Notes: a model not told the origin generated them from the sequence alone. A DNA stretch of 32,000 nucleotides from Geotalea uraniireducens Rf4 (GCF_000016745.1 NC_009483.1:5010001-5042000); one strand, 5' to 3'; shown: positions 20,101 to 25,404, numbered from the stretch's first letter. Made by a program: numbers and translations.

Positions 20101-20310
20101 GGACAGGATAACAGCCAGGGTCACGCCGTAAGCACGGCGCCAGAGGAAGGGATCAGTTATGCGAACATCTCCGTTCGCGGCCTTGTGCACCAGTACGGCG
20201 CGGCGGAAGCCCATCCGCGCCAGCGCCCGGAGGGCTTCACGAGCATCATTATTTTTTGCGAAGTAGCCAATGAGAATACCTACACCCACTTTTTGTCCTT
20301 TACGTACCAC
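11149..20310 (-). CDS. Cyclic beta-1,2-glucan synthase-like giant multidomain protein (Cgs/NdvB/ChvB family: GT84-like glycosyltransferase + cyclization domain + GH94-like phosphorylase)
   Basis: 3053-aa uninterrupted ORF.
- The GT region (~nt 17505-18393) has VVVPMMLV, a DxD motif in ITLDSDTQLP (DSD at 17968-17976) and HRWIRGDWQ.
- TM helices flank the GT region.
- The middle (alpha/alpha)6-like region (~15115-16860) has TSPTNIGLWMTS and VDSGNLLGALWAL.
- The C-terminal third has two GH94 N-terminal-type modules, RDQLQD, and GTGDWNDGMN (DWND at 12109-12120).
- The start is uncertain. The GTG at 20310 has no SD, while an in-frame GTG at 20289 follows AAGGA plus 6 nt. Confidence 0.85.
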   Translation of the reverse strand: MVRKGQKVGVGILIGYFAKNNDAREALRALARMGFRRAVLVHKAANGDVRITDPFLWRRAYGVTLAVILSGGLAEVASLVLHRLGLLPSGNLFTLTLFPAVASIGALAALLWLRRSRYGVEPWVMRDHARWLVSGESVLILQAPVESLQRPVAMMRESSDIPPALFVLHPKAERRLEARGPAIKLSPTQIQEHARRHAGEQQVDTRPQHTTELLKRLKQSRKWAHQVCVDLTAASRLEQKATPAADWILDNEYILEGNARDVLLNLPRRFYQQLPALASDPHRGLPCIYGLAKNLVSHNELRLDRENILAFIEAHQSIRTLTIGELWAIPQMLRVALIESIQSLAVTALADLRERQLADFWANRLIAANRRGSNQLFAILAELAQAEPSPTPYFGSQLVGLLYDEAAALAPVQSWLERTLKTPLHDLNLREQNRQTRAQLSCGNAFTSLRQLALLDWREIFEKLSRVEQMLRRDPSGVYAGMDFATRDRCRRAIEEVARAAAQSEEQVAGRVIELATQAHRGSATDKRASHVGTWLVGEGRAELTRLLACRETHRYRALEWVYCHHAAVYAFGIGGFSALLLSLVGSAGSVRLAGLFLLLLIPVSQLAIEVVNYLITRFLPPRPLPKMDFEDAGIPDAFRTLVVVPMMLVNAETVRAEVEKLEIRYLANKEANLLFSLFTDYTDSVTLSREDDSRLLKTASGCLAELNLRHGAERFFLFHRERTWSESEQKFIGWERKRGKLEELNRLIDGTRPETSARLVHVGDPDHLTDVRFIITLDSDTQLPHATARRMVETLAHPLNQPRFDGLGNILAGSYTIIQPRVSPTLPSTSVSIFSRLFADAVGIDPYTQAVSDVYQDLSGEGSYHGKGIYDVRAFSRVLSGRFPDEWVLSHDLIEGAHVRVGLASDIELYDEFPQGYQSYSSRSHRWIRGDWQIAGWVFPRVPQISGGHGVNPLSLLNRWKIFDNLRRSLLPATSLGLLMASWLISPRTGGIAALVVGMQLLFHPLAQPFTMATTRKGWKYFSPSKLLHDLLRATADAALLPHQAAVALDAIARVCYRRLISRRGLLEWTAQATHWSASRRQPLFVASLAMGSIFSAIVGGAIWRVMPASLPQAAPWLVLWFLSPLLGWLLNLRPVEQQQAQPLPETDRRFLRQVARRTWRYFSSFISADTSWLPPDNYQVSHQNRLAMRTSPTNIGLWMTSALGAHDSGYLTINQVVEKLTNTMATIGRMERYEGHLLNWYDIQTLVPLEPRYVSTVDSGNLLGALWALEQGLDELLHVPLLDGKAFAGLADTGEIMKQDAVLEGITGIYRQTLDQLLIEWHAPPSGIDELLCLQRRMQINVRSVVAAAGAVPWAAELEQQVSAWVQNTDRYLTWIEILAEKTEQELTQFGPAAMLAIRQDLMQAPSLFALAHGRLGSIQILKAIREDSLQAGAPICPWLDRVIEAFATAQWLAGETLGMAERLIVNVRELSAGMSMRFLYDIKSKLFAIGYNVSLNRPDVSSYDLLASEARLGSFVAIARGDVPLEHWFSLGRPYGAIGRQRVLLSWTGTMFEYLMPLLFQCSYGNSLLDKAAREAVTVQIAYGRTRRVPWGISESAFADLDLDKTYQYKAFGVPALGLKRGLEEKLVVAPYATLLALNVAPKETVQNLKQLAGLGLLGDYGYYEAMDFSRQPQREGRRGVVIEAYMVHHQGMAFLALTNFLHGNPFPRRFHSDSRVRAFEALLQERIPTLPPLHLISTRQSEPLLPGGDLVAPAGSTFTTPHTTTPKSLLLSNGRYGLMITNSGGGYSQWESQELTRWRSDQTCDSQGTFCYIHEADPDRVWSSTWHPVGGKVEGYSVDFALDRAVFRRADNGVHTETEVIVSPEDDLEVRRITLVNRTNRVRRLNLTSYVELSMAPHNADRQHPAFNKLFIQTEALPEQQILLAYRRPRSANELPLYVAHCLTLEHTGDDSPHENVWQFETDRGRFIGRGRTLANPMGAVQELGNSQGFVLDPSLSLRRSLTLEPGQRARLSLVLAAGATREQVLLLMDKYSDPHATERAMDFAWRSAQQQLQVLHIQPDEARRFQQLASHLLFPNHLLRPPAERLEENRKGQAGLWPYAISGDLPIALITISEARDISLVRQMLQAHTYWGSHGLATDLVILNEEAGGYERPLQERLEQLIQAHTLSAAADRAGGIFLKSAAQIQEADLNLLKAAASVVLVAARGTLPQQLGMPVEAPELLETLARKRAPREPSAPLPFMELNYFNSLGGFTPDGREYAIYLGPNTNTPAPWVNVIANPTFGTLVSETGSGFTWYGNSQRNRLTGWSNDPVLDPATEALYIRDEESGVFWSPTAAPIREETAYRARHGAGYTVFEHNSNGIEQELTVFVPVDESGGKPIKLQRLRLTNASSRRRRLSVTYYVELTLGENRETSQMHVMTNWDDEAHALLAQNRYHPEYGERVAFAAITPHADSYGGDRTSFIGRNRSLANPAALELTRLSQRTGAGLDPCSALRVCLELAPGERRDITCMLGQAGSVVQARELVFSYREDQAFEDAFDQTRAWWDALLGTIEVHTPELAADLLINRWLQYQSLSCRIWGRSAFYQSGGAFGFRDQLQDVMAFLYASPDLARDQILMAASRQFKEGDVQHWWHEPAGAGIRSRISDDLLWLPYVVAQYVRTTGDSDILQVEVPFLNAPQLADDQHEEFSTPEVTFERATLFEHCRRAVSRGLTIGPHGLPLMGTGDWNDGMNLVGAAGKGESVWLAWFLCDSLQGMAELSSLLQQPELSRTYQEERIALIKRVEQAGWDGEWYLRGTFDDGTPLGSALNREARIDSLPQSWAWLSGAADPERADQALESAWNHLVREDEDLVLLFEPPFDIAEPSPGYIKGYPPGVRENGGQYTHAALWMAMAMARKGDGGRAVQLLRMLNPIEHARDAAAVWHYGVEPYVVAADVYRLPGRVGQGGWSWYTGSAAWMYRAWVEEVLGLQVRSGQLRVNPVIPAAWPGFSISYCHGETIYAIQVENPHGCERGVAWVEMDGQRVSGGVIPLERGLVKHQVVVRMGNRE

Positions 20311-20652
20311 ATAGTCTGAGCTTTCAAGCCATTGCGAAGGATTTCACGTGATGGGATTTCACTCAGAAAGGAACTGTATAGGCTGTTCCAGAGGATTTAG
20401 CAGAGAGGTGGAGGCAAATGATCGGTAACCGGATAAAACCTAATTAAAGGAAAGTCCGGAAAGCCTTAGAGAATATAATTTAAGGAGATAGGTCAACTTC
20501 TCACCTTACGCCGTTATCAGGTTAATAGATAGTTAATTAATTCGGCGATAAATATATCAAGGTGCGGACTGATCATATATTTTTCATCATATTACCATCC
20601 TCGGCTTGCCCCCATTTCCTTCTCTTATTTTTGCGCTATACTTTACTTGAAA

Positions 20653-20873
20653 TCAGCGTTGTCCGGTTTGGTTTGTGCATCAAGGTTGTTAAGCCCCATT
20701 AGGGGCGTTTGAATGTAGCCGGGGGATTCATCCCCCGGATGAGATGCTATATTTCCCCACGTCACGTACGTGACGTGATGATATTTCGCCTGGATGACCG
20801 GGGAATGAATTCCCCGGCTACCAGTATTCTGTCCCTACGGGACGTAAGCAAAAACCAAACCGGACAACGCTGA
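20653..20873. mobile_element. MITE-like non-coding palindromic element (221 bp) with perfect 22-bp terminal inverted repeats and a 7-bp flanking direct repeat
   Basis: The TIRs tcagcgttgtccggtttggttt (20653-20674) and aaaccaaaccggacaacgctga (20852-20873) are exact reverse complements. CTTGAAA flanks both ends (20646-20652 and 20874-20880). The interior has five mirror-arranged hairpins, including the perfect 20-nt palindrome cacgtcacgtacgtgacgtg (20758-20777). No ORF is present. Confidence 0.55.
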
Positions 20874-20907
20874 CTTGAAATAAACCATACTAACAGGAGG
20901 CACGGAA

Positions 20908-21255
20908 ATGGCACACAAAGACACCAATACCATGGCAGATGCCCTCAAATTCGTTGGCGGCGGCATCGTCGGGGCCGGGCTGGCCCTGTTGCTCGCACCT
21001 CGAGCCGGCAAGGAAACACGCAAGGATATCGTCCGCTATGCAAAAACGATGGGGAGCAAGACCGACAAAACCGTCCACGAGTTCGCCGACAACATCGCCG
21101 ATTTTGCCGATACGGTAGGAGAAAAGGCCGCCCTCATCCTGCGCAATGGGCAGGAAATGACCCGGGAGGCAAAAAAAGAACTACTGACAGCCATTGAAAA
21201 GGGGCAGGTAAAGCTTGAAAAGCAGAAGCACCGGTTGGCACAGATGATCGGCTGA
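20908..21255 (+). CDS. YtxH domain-containing (general stress-type) small membrane-anchored protein
   Basis: 115-aa ORF with the YtxH signature FVGGGIVGAGLALLLAPRAGKETRKDI, followed by a coiled-coil-like tail. A strong RBS AGGAGG lies 7 nt upstream. Confidence 0.8.
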   Translation: MAHKDTNTMADALKFVGGGIVGAGLALLLAPRAGKETRKDIVRYAKTMGSKTDKTVHEFADNIADFADTVGEKAALILRNGQEMTREAKKELLTAIEKGQVKLEKQKHRLAQMIG

Positions 21256-21365
21256 GGCCGGTTGCAAATTTGAAGTTTTCAGACCCGTCCGGACTTCTTC
21301 TGACAAAGGATTTGGATAGTTTCCACATGCTTCGAAAAGCGTGGCAATGATTCCTTGTTTAAGGT

Positions 21366-21392
21366 AAAAGCCTGCGGCCGCAGGCTTTTTTT
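21366..21392 (+). terminator. Rho-independent terminator downstream of ytxH
   Basis: GC-rich palindrome agcctgcgg/ccgcaggct (21369-21386) followed by a T7 run. Confidence 0.7.
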
Positions 21393-21466
21393 AGTTGCTG
21401 ATCTTACCCCTAAAAATTGTTCAAGTTCAAAGAGGAAGACAGTCCAACCTTAAGTTAAGAATTTTA

Positions 21467-21495
21467 TTGACGCAAGAAATTGAACATGTTATATA
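21467..21495 (+). promoter_or_regulatory. Candidate sigma70 promoter for tRNA-Asn
   Basis: TTGACG (21467-21472), a 17-nt spacer and TATATA (21490-21495), about 70 nt upstream of the tRNA 5' end. Pattern only. Confidence 0.4.
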
Positions 21496-21563
21496 GTCAT
21501 TCGCTTTGAATTCATTGAGTATCTGTCAAAACTTAAATAACCTCAATGATTTTGACAATTTAT

Positions 21564-21639
21564 TCCCCAGTAGCTCAGTCGGTAGAGCGGGTGGCTGTTA
21601 ACCACCATGTCCGTGGTTCGAGTCCGCGCTGGGGAGCCA
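21564..21639 (+). tRNA. tRNA-Asn (anticodon GTT), CCA encoded
   Basis: Folded by hand into a cloverleaf:
- Acceptor stem TCCCCAG/CTGGGGA.
- D stem GCTC/GAGC.
- Anticodon stem GGTGG/CCACC with loop CTGTTAA.
- T stem CGTGG/CCGCG with loop TTCGAGT.
- Discriminator G followed by CCA.
Total length is 76 nt. Confidence 0.95.
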
Positions 21640-21647
21640 TAAAATTC

Positions 21648-21682
21648 GAGGGGTTAGACGATACGTCTAACCCCTCTTTTAT
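21648..21682 (+). terminator. Rho-independent terminator after tRNA-Asn
   Basis: 13-bp stem gaggggttagacg / cgtctaacccctc with loop ata, followed by TTTT. Confidence 0.7.
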
Positions 21683-21996
21683 TTCAGGTAACCTCCCAGG
21701 CAACCTCTGCATAGCCGGTAGCAAAATCCGGCGATTCGGCCAAACTTCCATTTTCCCTTCCTTATTAATGCCTTACAGGCCCTGGCTACAGTTTTCCCGG
21801 TGATGACCTTGGGCGGCCAAAATCTGCCAATAGTATCAATTCTATCCCTGTCCCAGAAAGATATGGTAGTGGGACGCCTTTTCCCCAATTGCCAGAGAAA
21901 CCGGATGTCAGCCTGTGCAGTGGTAACACCGACAGCCTGTTTCTCCCTCAATGTGTGAATCTGATGAATATAATCATATTTTAGCCTCTTAACCAT
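21679..21996 (-). CDS. Hypothetical protein (doubtful; possible degenerate XRE-type HTH remnant)
   Basis: 105-aa ORF abutting the tRNA terminator. The only weak resemblance is LREKQ...TISFWDRDR against the XRE HTH pattern LRe..g.t...TIS.wErG. The C-terminal third is R/C/G-rich and looks non-coding. The RBS is weak. Confidence 0.25.
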   Translation of the reverse strand: MVKRLKYDYIHQIHTLREKQAVGVTTAQADIRFLWQLGKRRPTTISFWDRDRIDTIGRFWPPKVITGKTVARACKALIRKGKWKFGRIAGFCYRLCRGCLGGYLK

Positions 21997-22370
21997 TTTT
22001 CAGCTTCAGATCCATCGTTAAACAATCTGATAACGCCACCCTCGTTTCTTGTCGCAGATCTTTTAGCAGATATTATACTCAAAGCGCTTGTAGTAGATTC
22101 AATCCACGCAAATTTTCTTAATCCTGCGGCTATCATTCGAGGGAACCACTCTTCGGCTACCCAACTAGAAGCACCCCAAGCACCAGTTATTTTGCTATTA
22201 TCATTAAACACCAATGAAGCCTTTTTTGATGTCAGCAATTTCAGTATCGCGTCACATCCTTTCTTAACAGCTTCTTTAGAGGGGCTATTCCGCCAATAAA
22301 CAGACACCCAATTATTAAGGGAGTCCCAACATACTGTTACATCAGTTTCTTGATAATATTGTGTCAACAC
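21981..22370 (-). CDS. Hypothetical protein, possibly with a SpoIIAA/STAS-like fold; AT-rich gene
   Basis: 129-aa ORF with a GTG start preceded by AAGGAG plus 6 nt. The sequence pattern, ending ...VIRLFNDGSEAEKWL, resembles STAS/SEC14-like DUF proteins. It is markedly AT-richer than the flanking core genes. Confidence 0.4.
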   Translation of the reverse strand: MLTQYYQETDVTVCWDSLNNWVSVYWRNSPSKEAVKKGCDAILKLLTSKKASLVFNDNSKITGAWGASSWVAEEWFPRMIAAGLRKFAWIESTTSALSIISAKRSATRNEGGVIRLFNDGSEAEKWLRG

Positions 22371-22577
22371 AATGTTCTCCTTCTTCTTACTTCCAAACTA
22401 TTCAAGACAAAAATAGAACGTAGCTCCTGTCCCAACATTTCCCCGACATGCCACATTCATTTCCCGGGCGGGGCAACGTGTCCGACAACAAGTTTCGCCA
22501 CATGTTTCTTCATGTTCTACTAGGTCCAAGCCCCCTGTGTCAGAATAGTTGTCGCCTCAGATGGGTTGTTTAGCCAC

Positions 22578-22668
22578 GGTCTTTCGAGCTGAATTGCAAC
22601 GAGCGTAGCGAGCTTGCGATTCAGCTCGAAAGACCGGGACCGGCAAAAGCCGGCGACCCGTATTTTTT
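22578..22668 (+). terminator. Strong hairpins plus T-run inside the IS left end, upstream of orfA (putative read-through insulator)
   Basis: A perfect 17-bp stem ggtctttcgagctgaat (22578-22594) / attcagctcgaaagacc (22619-22635) is followed by a second hairpin, ggga-ccggc-aaaa-gccgg-cga-ccc (22636-22659), and then gtaTTTTTT (to 22668). Confidence 0.4.
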
Positions 22669-22696
22669 CAACATCTGGGGGCAGCAAGGATCTATA

Positions 22697-23230
22697 ATGA
22701 CATACACACAAGGATTCAAATCCAGCCTGGTTCGCAAGATGGCCTGCCCTAATGGCGTCTCGGCCTCAGCTCTATCCCGAGAAGTGGGAATTCCCCAACA
22801 ATCACTCTCTCGCTGGCTTCGAGACGCAAATGTCGTGAATGAATCTGGTAACTCCCCAATTTCTGAAGCACCATGGAGAACAATGTCCCCAAAGCGCCCA
22901 CAAGACAAGTCTGCCGAAGAAAAGCTCAAAATCGTCATCGAAGCCGAGACGGTTGCCGAAGATCAACTTGGCGCCTTCCTGCGTCGCAATGGAATTCATG
23001 AAGCACAGTTACGCGAGTGGCGCGCCATGATGCTTTCGGGGCTGCAAAAACCGTCTCGGCCTTCCTCAAAAACATCAGAGGAAACTCGCAAAATTCATGC
23101 ACTGGAAAAAGAATTACTGCGCAAAGATAAAGCATTGGCCGAGGCCGCCGCGATTTTGATCCTCAAAAAAAAAGTCCAATCGATCTGGGGGGGCGAGGAC
23201 GAGCCCACGGACAAGAGGAACGGCAGATGA
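22697..23230 (+). CDS. IS3-family transposase OrfA (HTH DNA-binding plus leucine-zipper part)
   Basis: 177-aa ORF with the HTH region VSASALSREVGIPQQSLSRWL and a C-terminal coiled coil, IHALEKELLRKDKALAEAAAILILKKK. Confidence 0.85.
   Translation: MTYTQGFKSSLVRKMACPNGVSASALSREVGIPQQSLSRWLRDANVVNESGNSPISEAPWRTMSPKRPQDKSAEEKLKIVIEAETVAEDQLGAFLRRNGIHEAQLREWRAMMLSGLQKPSRPSSKTSEETRKIHALEKELLRKDKALAEAAAILILKKKVQSIWGGEDEPTDKRNGR
23165..23174 (+). promoter_or_regulatory. Programmed -1 ribosomal frameshift site (A9G) fusing OrfA and OrfB
   Basis: The orfA zero-frame reads AAA AAA AAA GTC. A -1 slip continues ...K K S P I D L G G R G R A H G Q E E R Q M I G, in frame with orfB (ATG at 23227). I verified the frame arithmetic by hand. 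Confidence 0.6.
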
Positions 23231-24252
23231 TCGGGCAACTTATTGAAGAGGCAACCCATTCCGGAGCGAGACTTGAATCGGCCGTTGTCGCCATCGGGCT
23301 GAGCATTCGCACGTTCCAGCGTTGGAATCTCCAGGATGACGGAGCAGATCGGCGACATGGGCCAGTCGCAGAACCGGCGAACAAGCTGGCTCCGTCGGAG
23401 CGGCAGAACATCATCGATATTGCAAACTCCCCGGCGTTTCGGGATATTTCGCCGAAACAGATCGTGCCGCAATTGGCCGATCAGGGAATATACGTGGCGT
23501 CGGAATCGAGTTTCTACCGGGTGCTCAAAGACGATGGGCTGATGACTCACCGGGAACCCTCCCGGCCCGCCACCAGCCGCAAGCCAAAAGAACATGTGGC
23601 TACCGGTCCTTGCCAGGTCTGGTCATGGGACATCACCTACTTGAAGAGCCCGATTCTTGGGCAGTTCTTTTATCTCTACATGATCATGGATGTCTGGAGC
23701 CGCAAGATCGTAGCGTCCACGGTGTTTTTAAAAGAATCCAATGACTATAGCGCCAGGCTGTTTCTGAAAGCCTGTATCAGGCTCGGCATCAATCCGGAAG
23801 GCCTGATTCTTCACTCCGACAACGGCGGCCCGATGAAAGGGGCGACCATGCTGGCTACTCTCCAGCGCCTGGGCGTAATTCCTTCCTTCAGCAGGCCACA
23901 GGTCAGTGACGACAACCCTTTCTCAGAAGCGCTGTTCCGAACCATGAAATATAGACCTGGTTATCCGAGTCGGCCTTTTTCAAGTCTGGCAGCGGCCCAG
24001 ACTTGGGTTGATGGTTTCGTCGCTTGGTATAACACGGAGCATCTGCACAGCGGCATTCGCTTCGTCACCCCGGACGATCGCCACTTCGGCCGGGAGAAAG
24101 CCATCCTGTTAAACCGCCGGGAGATATACGAGAAGGCCCGGCAACAAAACCCAAACCGCTGGTCAAAAAACATCCGAAACTGGGAGCCAGTGGAAACAGT
24201 TTATCTTAACCCTGAACCAACGGCGGAAGTCGAACTTCTTGACGCCGCATAA
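23227..24252 (+). CDS. IS3-family transposase OrfB (rve/DDE integrase core)
   Basis: 341-aa ORF with the DDE triad contexts WSWDITYL, LILHSDNGGPMKG and DDNPFSEALFRTMKY. Confidence 0.9.
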   Translation: MIGQLIEEATHSGARLESAVVAIGLSIRTFQRWNLQDDGADRRHGPVAEPANKLAPSERQNIIDIANSPAFRDISPKQIVPQLADQGIYVASESSFYRVLKDDGLMTHREPSRPATSRKPKEHVATGPCQVWSWDITYLKSPILGQFFYLYMIMDVWSRKIVASTVFLKESNDYSARLFLKACIRLGINPEGLILHSDNGGPMKGATMLATLQRLGVIPSFSRPQVSDDNPFSEALFRTMKYRPGYPSRPFSSLAAAQTWVDGFVAWYNTEHLHSGIRFVTPDDRHFGREKAILLNRREIYEKARQQNPNRWSKNIRNWEPVETVYLNPEPTAEVELLDAA

Positions 24253-24310
24253 AAATTCAACAGAGGCGACAACTACCTTGACACCCGCCGCAAGTGGCTC
24301 CACCTCTTTG

Positions 24311-24511
24311 TTAACCGAAGCAGATCATCAGCATTTTGTCGTCGTCTGTGATCATGCTTGAGGGGAAGTCTGCAGTCGCAAGGGCCTCCCGTATAAGTTG
24401 AGAATAGGTAGTCTTTCGCTTTTTGCTAAGATATTTCAGTAACATCATCTCCTCATCAGTGATCCGGACGGCTATCACATTGTAACGGGGAGATTCCTTC
24501 ATTCTTCCCAT
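24311..24511 (-). CDS. Small ribbon-helix-helix (CopG/MobC-like) protein
   Basis: 66-aa ORF. The segment VIAVRITDEEMMLLKYLSKKRKTTYSQLIREAL fits the RHH beta-alpha-alpha pattern. The RBS is GAGAGGA. The region is AT-rich and lies 26 nt from the right end of the IS. Confidence 0.5.
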   Translation of the reverse strand: MGRMKESPRYNVIAVRITDEEMMLLKYLSKKRKTTYSQLIREALATADFPSSMITDDDKMLMICFG

Positions 24512-24600
24512 CTTTATATCCTCTCGGGAGTAAACTTCATCGTTCGCTCGACGTTGTTTCTGTCAAACGCATCCGGACACTGCCATGAAATATGCAGATT

Positions 24601-25404
24601 TCAGAATCCGTTTCGCGAGTGTCCCAGCATGGCGGAAATTTCCCGGGCGCCCTTGAGGACGAGCGGAATCAGCTCTTTTTCCATTCGCTCCTCTATAAAC
24701 CGCGTTGATGGGCCATAGAAGGCAATCGCACCAATAATGTTTGACGTATAATCCCGAACCGGGGCCGCTACAGACCTGGCCCCATCTTCCAGCTCTTCCG
24801 ACTCGATGGCGTATCCCTGCTGGGAAATCTGTCGCAGGTGCCGCAGCAGCAGTTTCGGGTCGGTAATGGTTGCCAGGGTGTACCGTTGGAACTGGCAGTC
24901 AGCGATGTAGAGTTTCAGCTTCTCCTCGGCGAGATGGGCAATTTGCACCTTGCCTGCCGATGTGCAGTAGGCGGGGAGCGGTTCGCCGATGCGGGGGACA
25001 AACCGCAATGGATTGTCCCCCTCGATCACGTCCAGGTTGACGTTCTGGAAATCTTTCAGGATTGACAGGCACAGGGTCTCGTTGCATTCCTTGACCAGAG
25101 CCTCCATAATCGGTCGTACGTTACCAAGATGCCCCATCTGTCGGATCACCATTTGCCCCATCTCCATGGTTTTCAGGCCGAGACGGTAGTTTTCAGTGTT
25201 CCGGTTTTGCTCGACGTAGTTTCGATGTTCGAGTGTGGCCAGGAGCCTGAAAACATTATTCTTGGGGAGCTGCAAACGTCGACTCAAGTCGCTTACCCCG
25301 AGTTCGGCATCATCTCCGTGGAATTGCTCCAGAACATCAAGGGCATGACAGACCGACCGAATTATATAGTTTGTTTTCCTGTTCATTTTCATAGTGCGCT
25401 TCAT
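24601..25404 (-). CDS. IclR-family transcriptional regulator
   Basis: The N-terminal wHTH is SVCHALDVLEQF...LGVSDLSRRLQLPKNNVFRLLATLEHRNYV. The C-terminal IclR effector domain is ...GYAIESEELEDGARSVAAPVRD. I shortened the start from 25491 in the ORF track. Candidate ATGs at 25404, 25392 and 25386 all have weak SDs. Confidence 0.85.
   Translation of the reverse strand: MKRTMKMNRKTNYIIRSVCHALDVLEQFHGDDAELGVSDLSRRLQLPKNNVFRLLATLEHRNYVEQNRNTENYRLGLKTMEMGQMVIRQMGHLGNVRPIMEALVKECNETLCLSILKDFQNVNLDVIEGDNPLRFVPRIGEPLPAYCTSAGKVQIAHLAEEKLKLYIADCQFQRYTLATITDPKLLLRHLRQISQQGYAIESEELEDGARSVAAPVRDYTSNIIGAIAFYGPSTRFIEERMEKELIPLVLKGAREISAMLGHSRNGF

Larger units (their letters stand above)
22537..24284 (+). 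mobile_element. IS3-family insertion sequence (about 1.75 kb), apparently intact
   Basis: The terminal inverted repeats are GTGTCAGAATAGTTGTCGCCTCAG (22537-22560) and the reverse complement of 24261-24284, GTGTCAAGGTAGTTGTCGCCTCTG, matching 20/24. There are two overlapping ORFs (HTH orfA and DDE orfB) with a slippery A-run. The exact ends and target duplication are ambiguous because both flanks are C-rich (ccccct / cccg). Confidence 0.85.

Noticed and set aside
20311-20652. Possible riboswitch (e.g. c-di-GMP/GEMM) or clear sigma70 promoter in the AT-rich region upstream of the giant gene
   Set aside because: I could not recognise any known riboswitch core. TTGACC- and TATACT-like hexamers are present, but without acceptable spacing. 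No call is made.
21546-21803. 85-aa plus-strand ORF
   Set aside because: It reads straight through tRNA-Asn and its terminator, so it is not coding.
21640-24600. Search for an attL/attR-type direct repeat of the tRNA-Asn 3' end and for an integrase gene
   Set aside because: By eye I could not find any match of 12 nt or more to ggttcgagtccgcgctggggagcca downstream. No tyrosine or serine recombinase motif appears in any frame. I therefore do not call a bounded integrative element, only a compositionally distinct islet.
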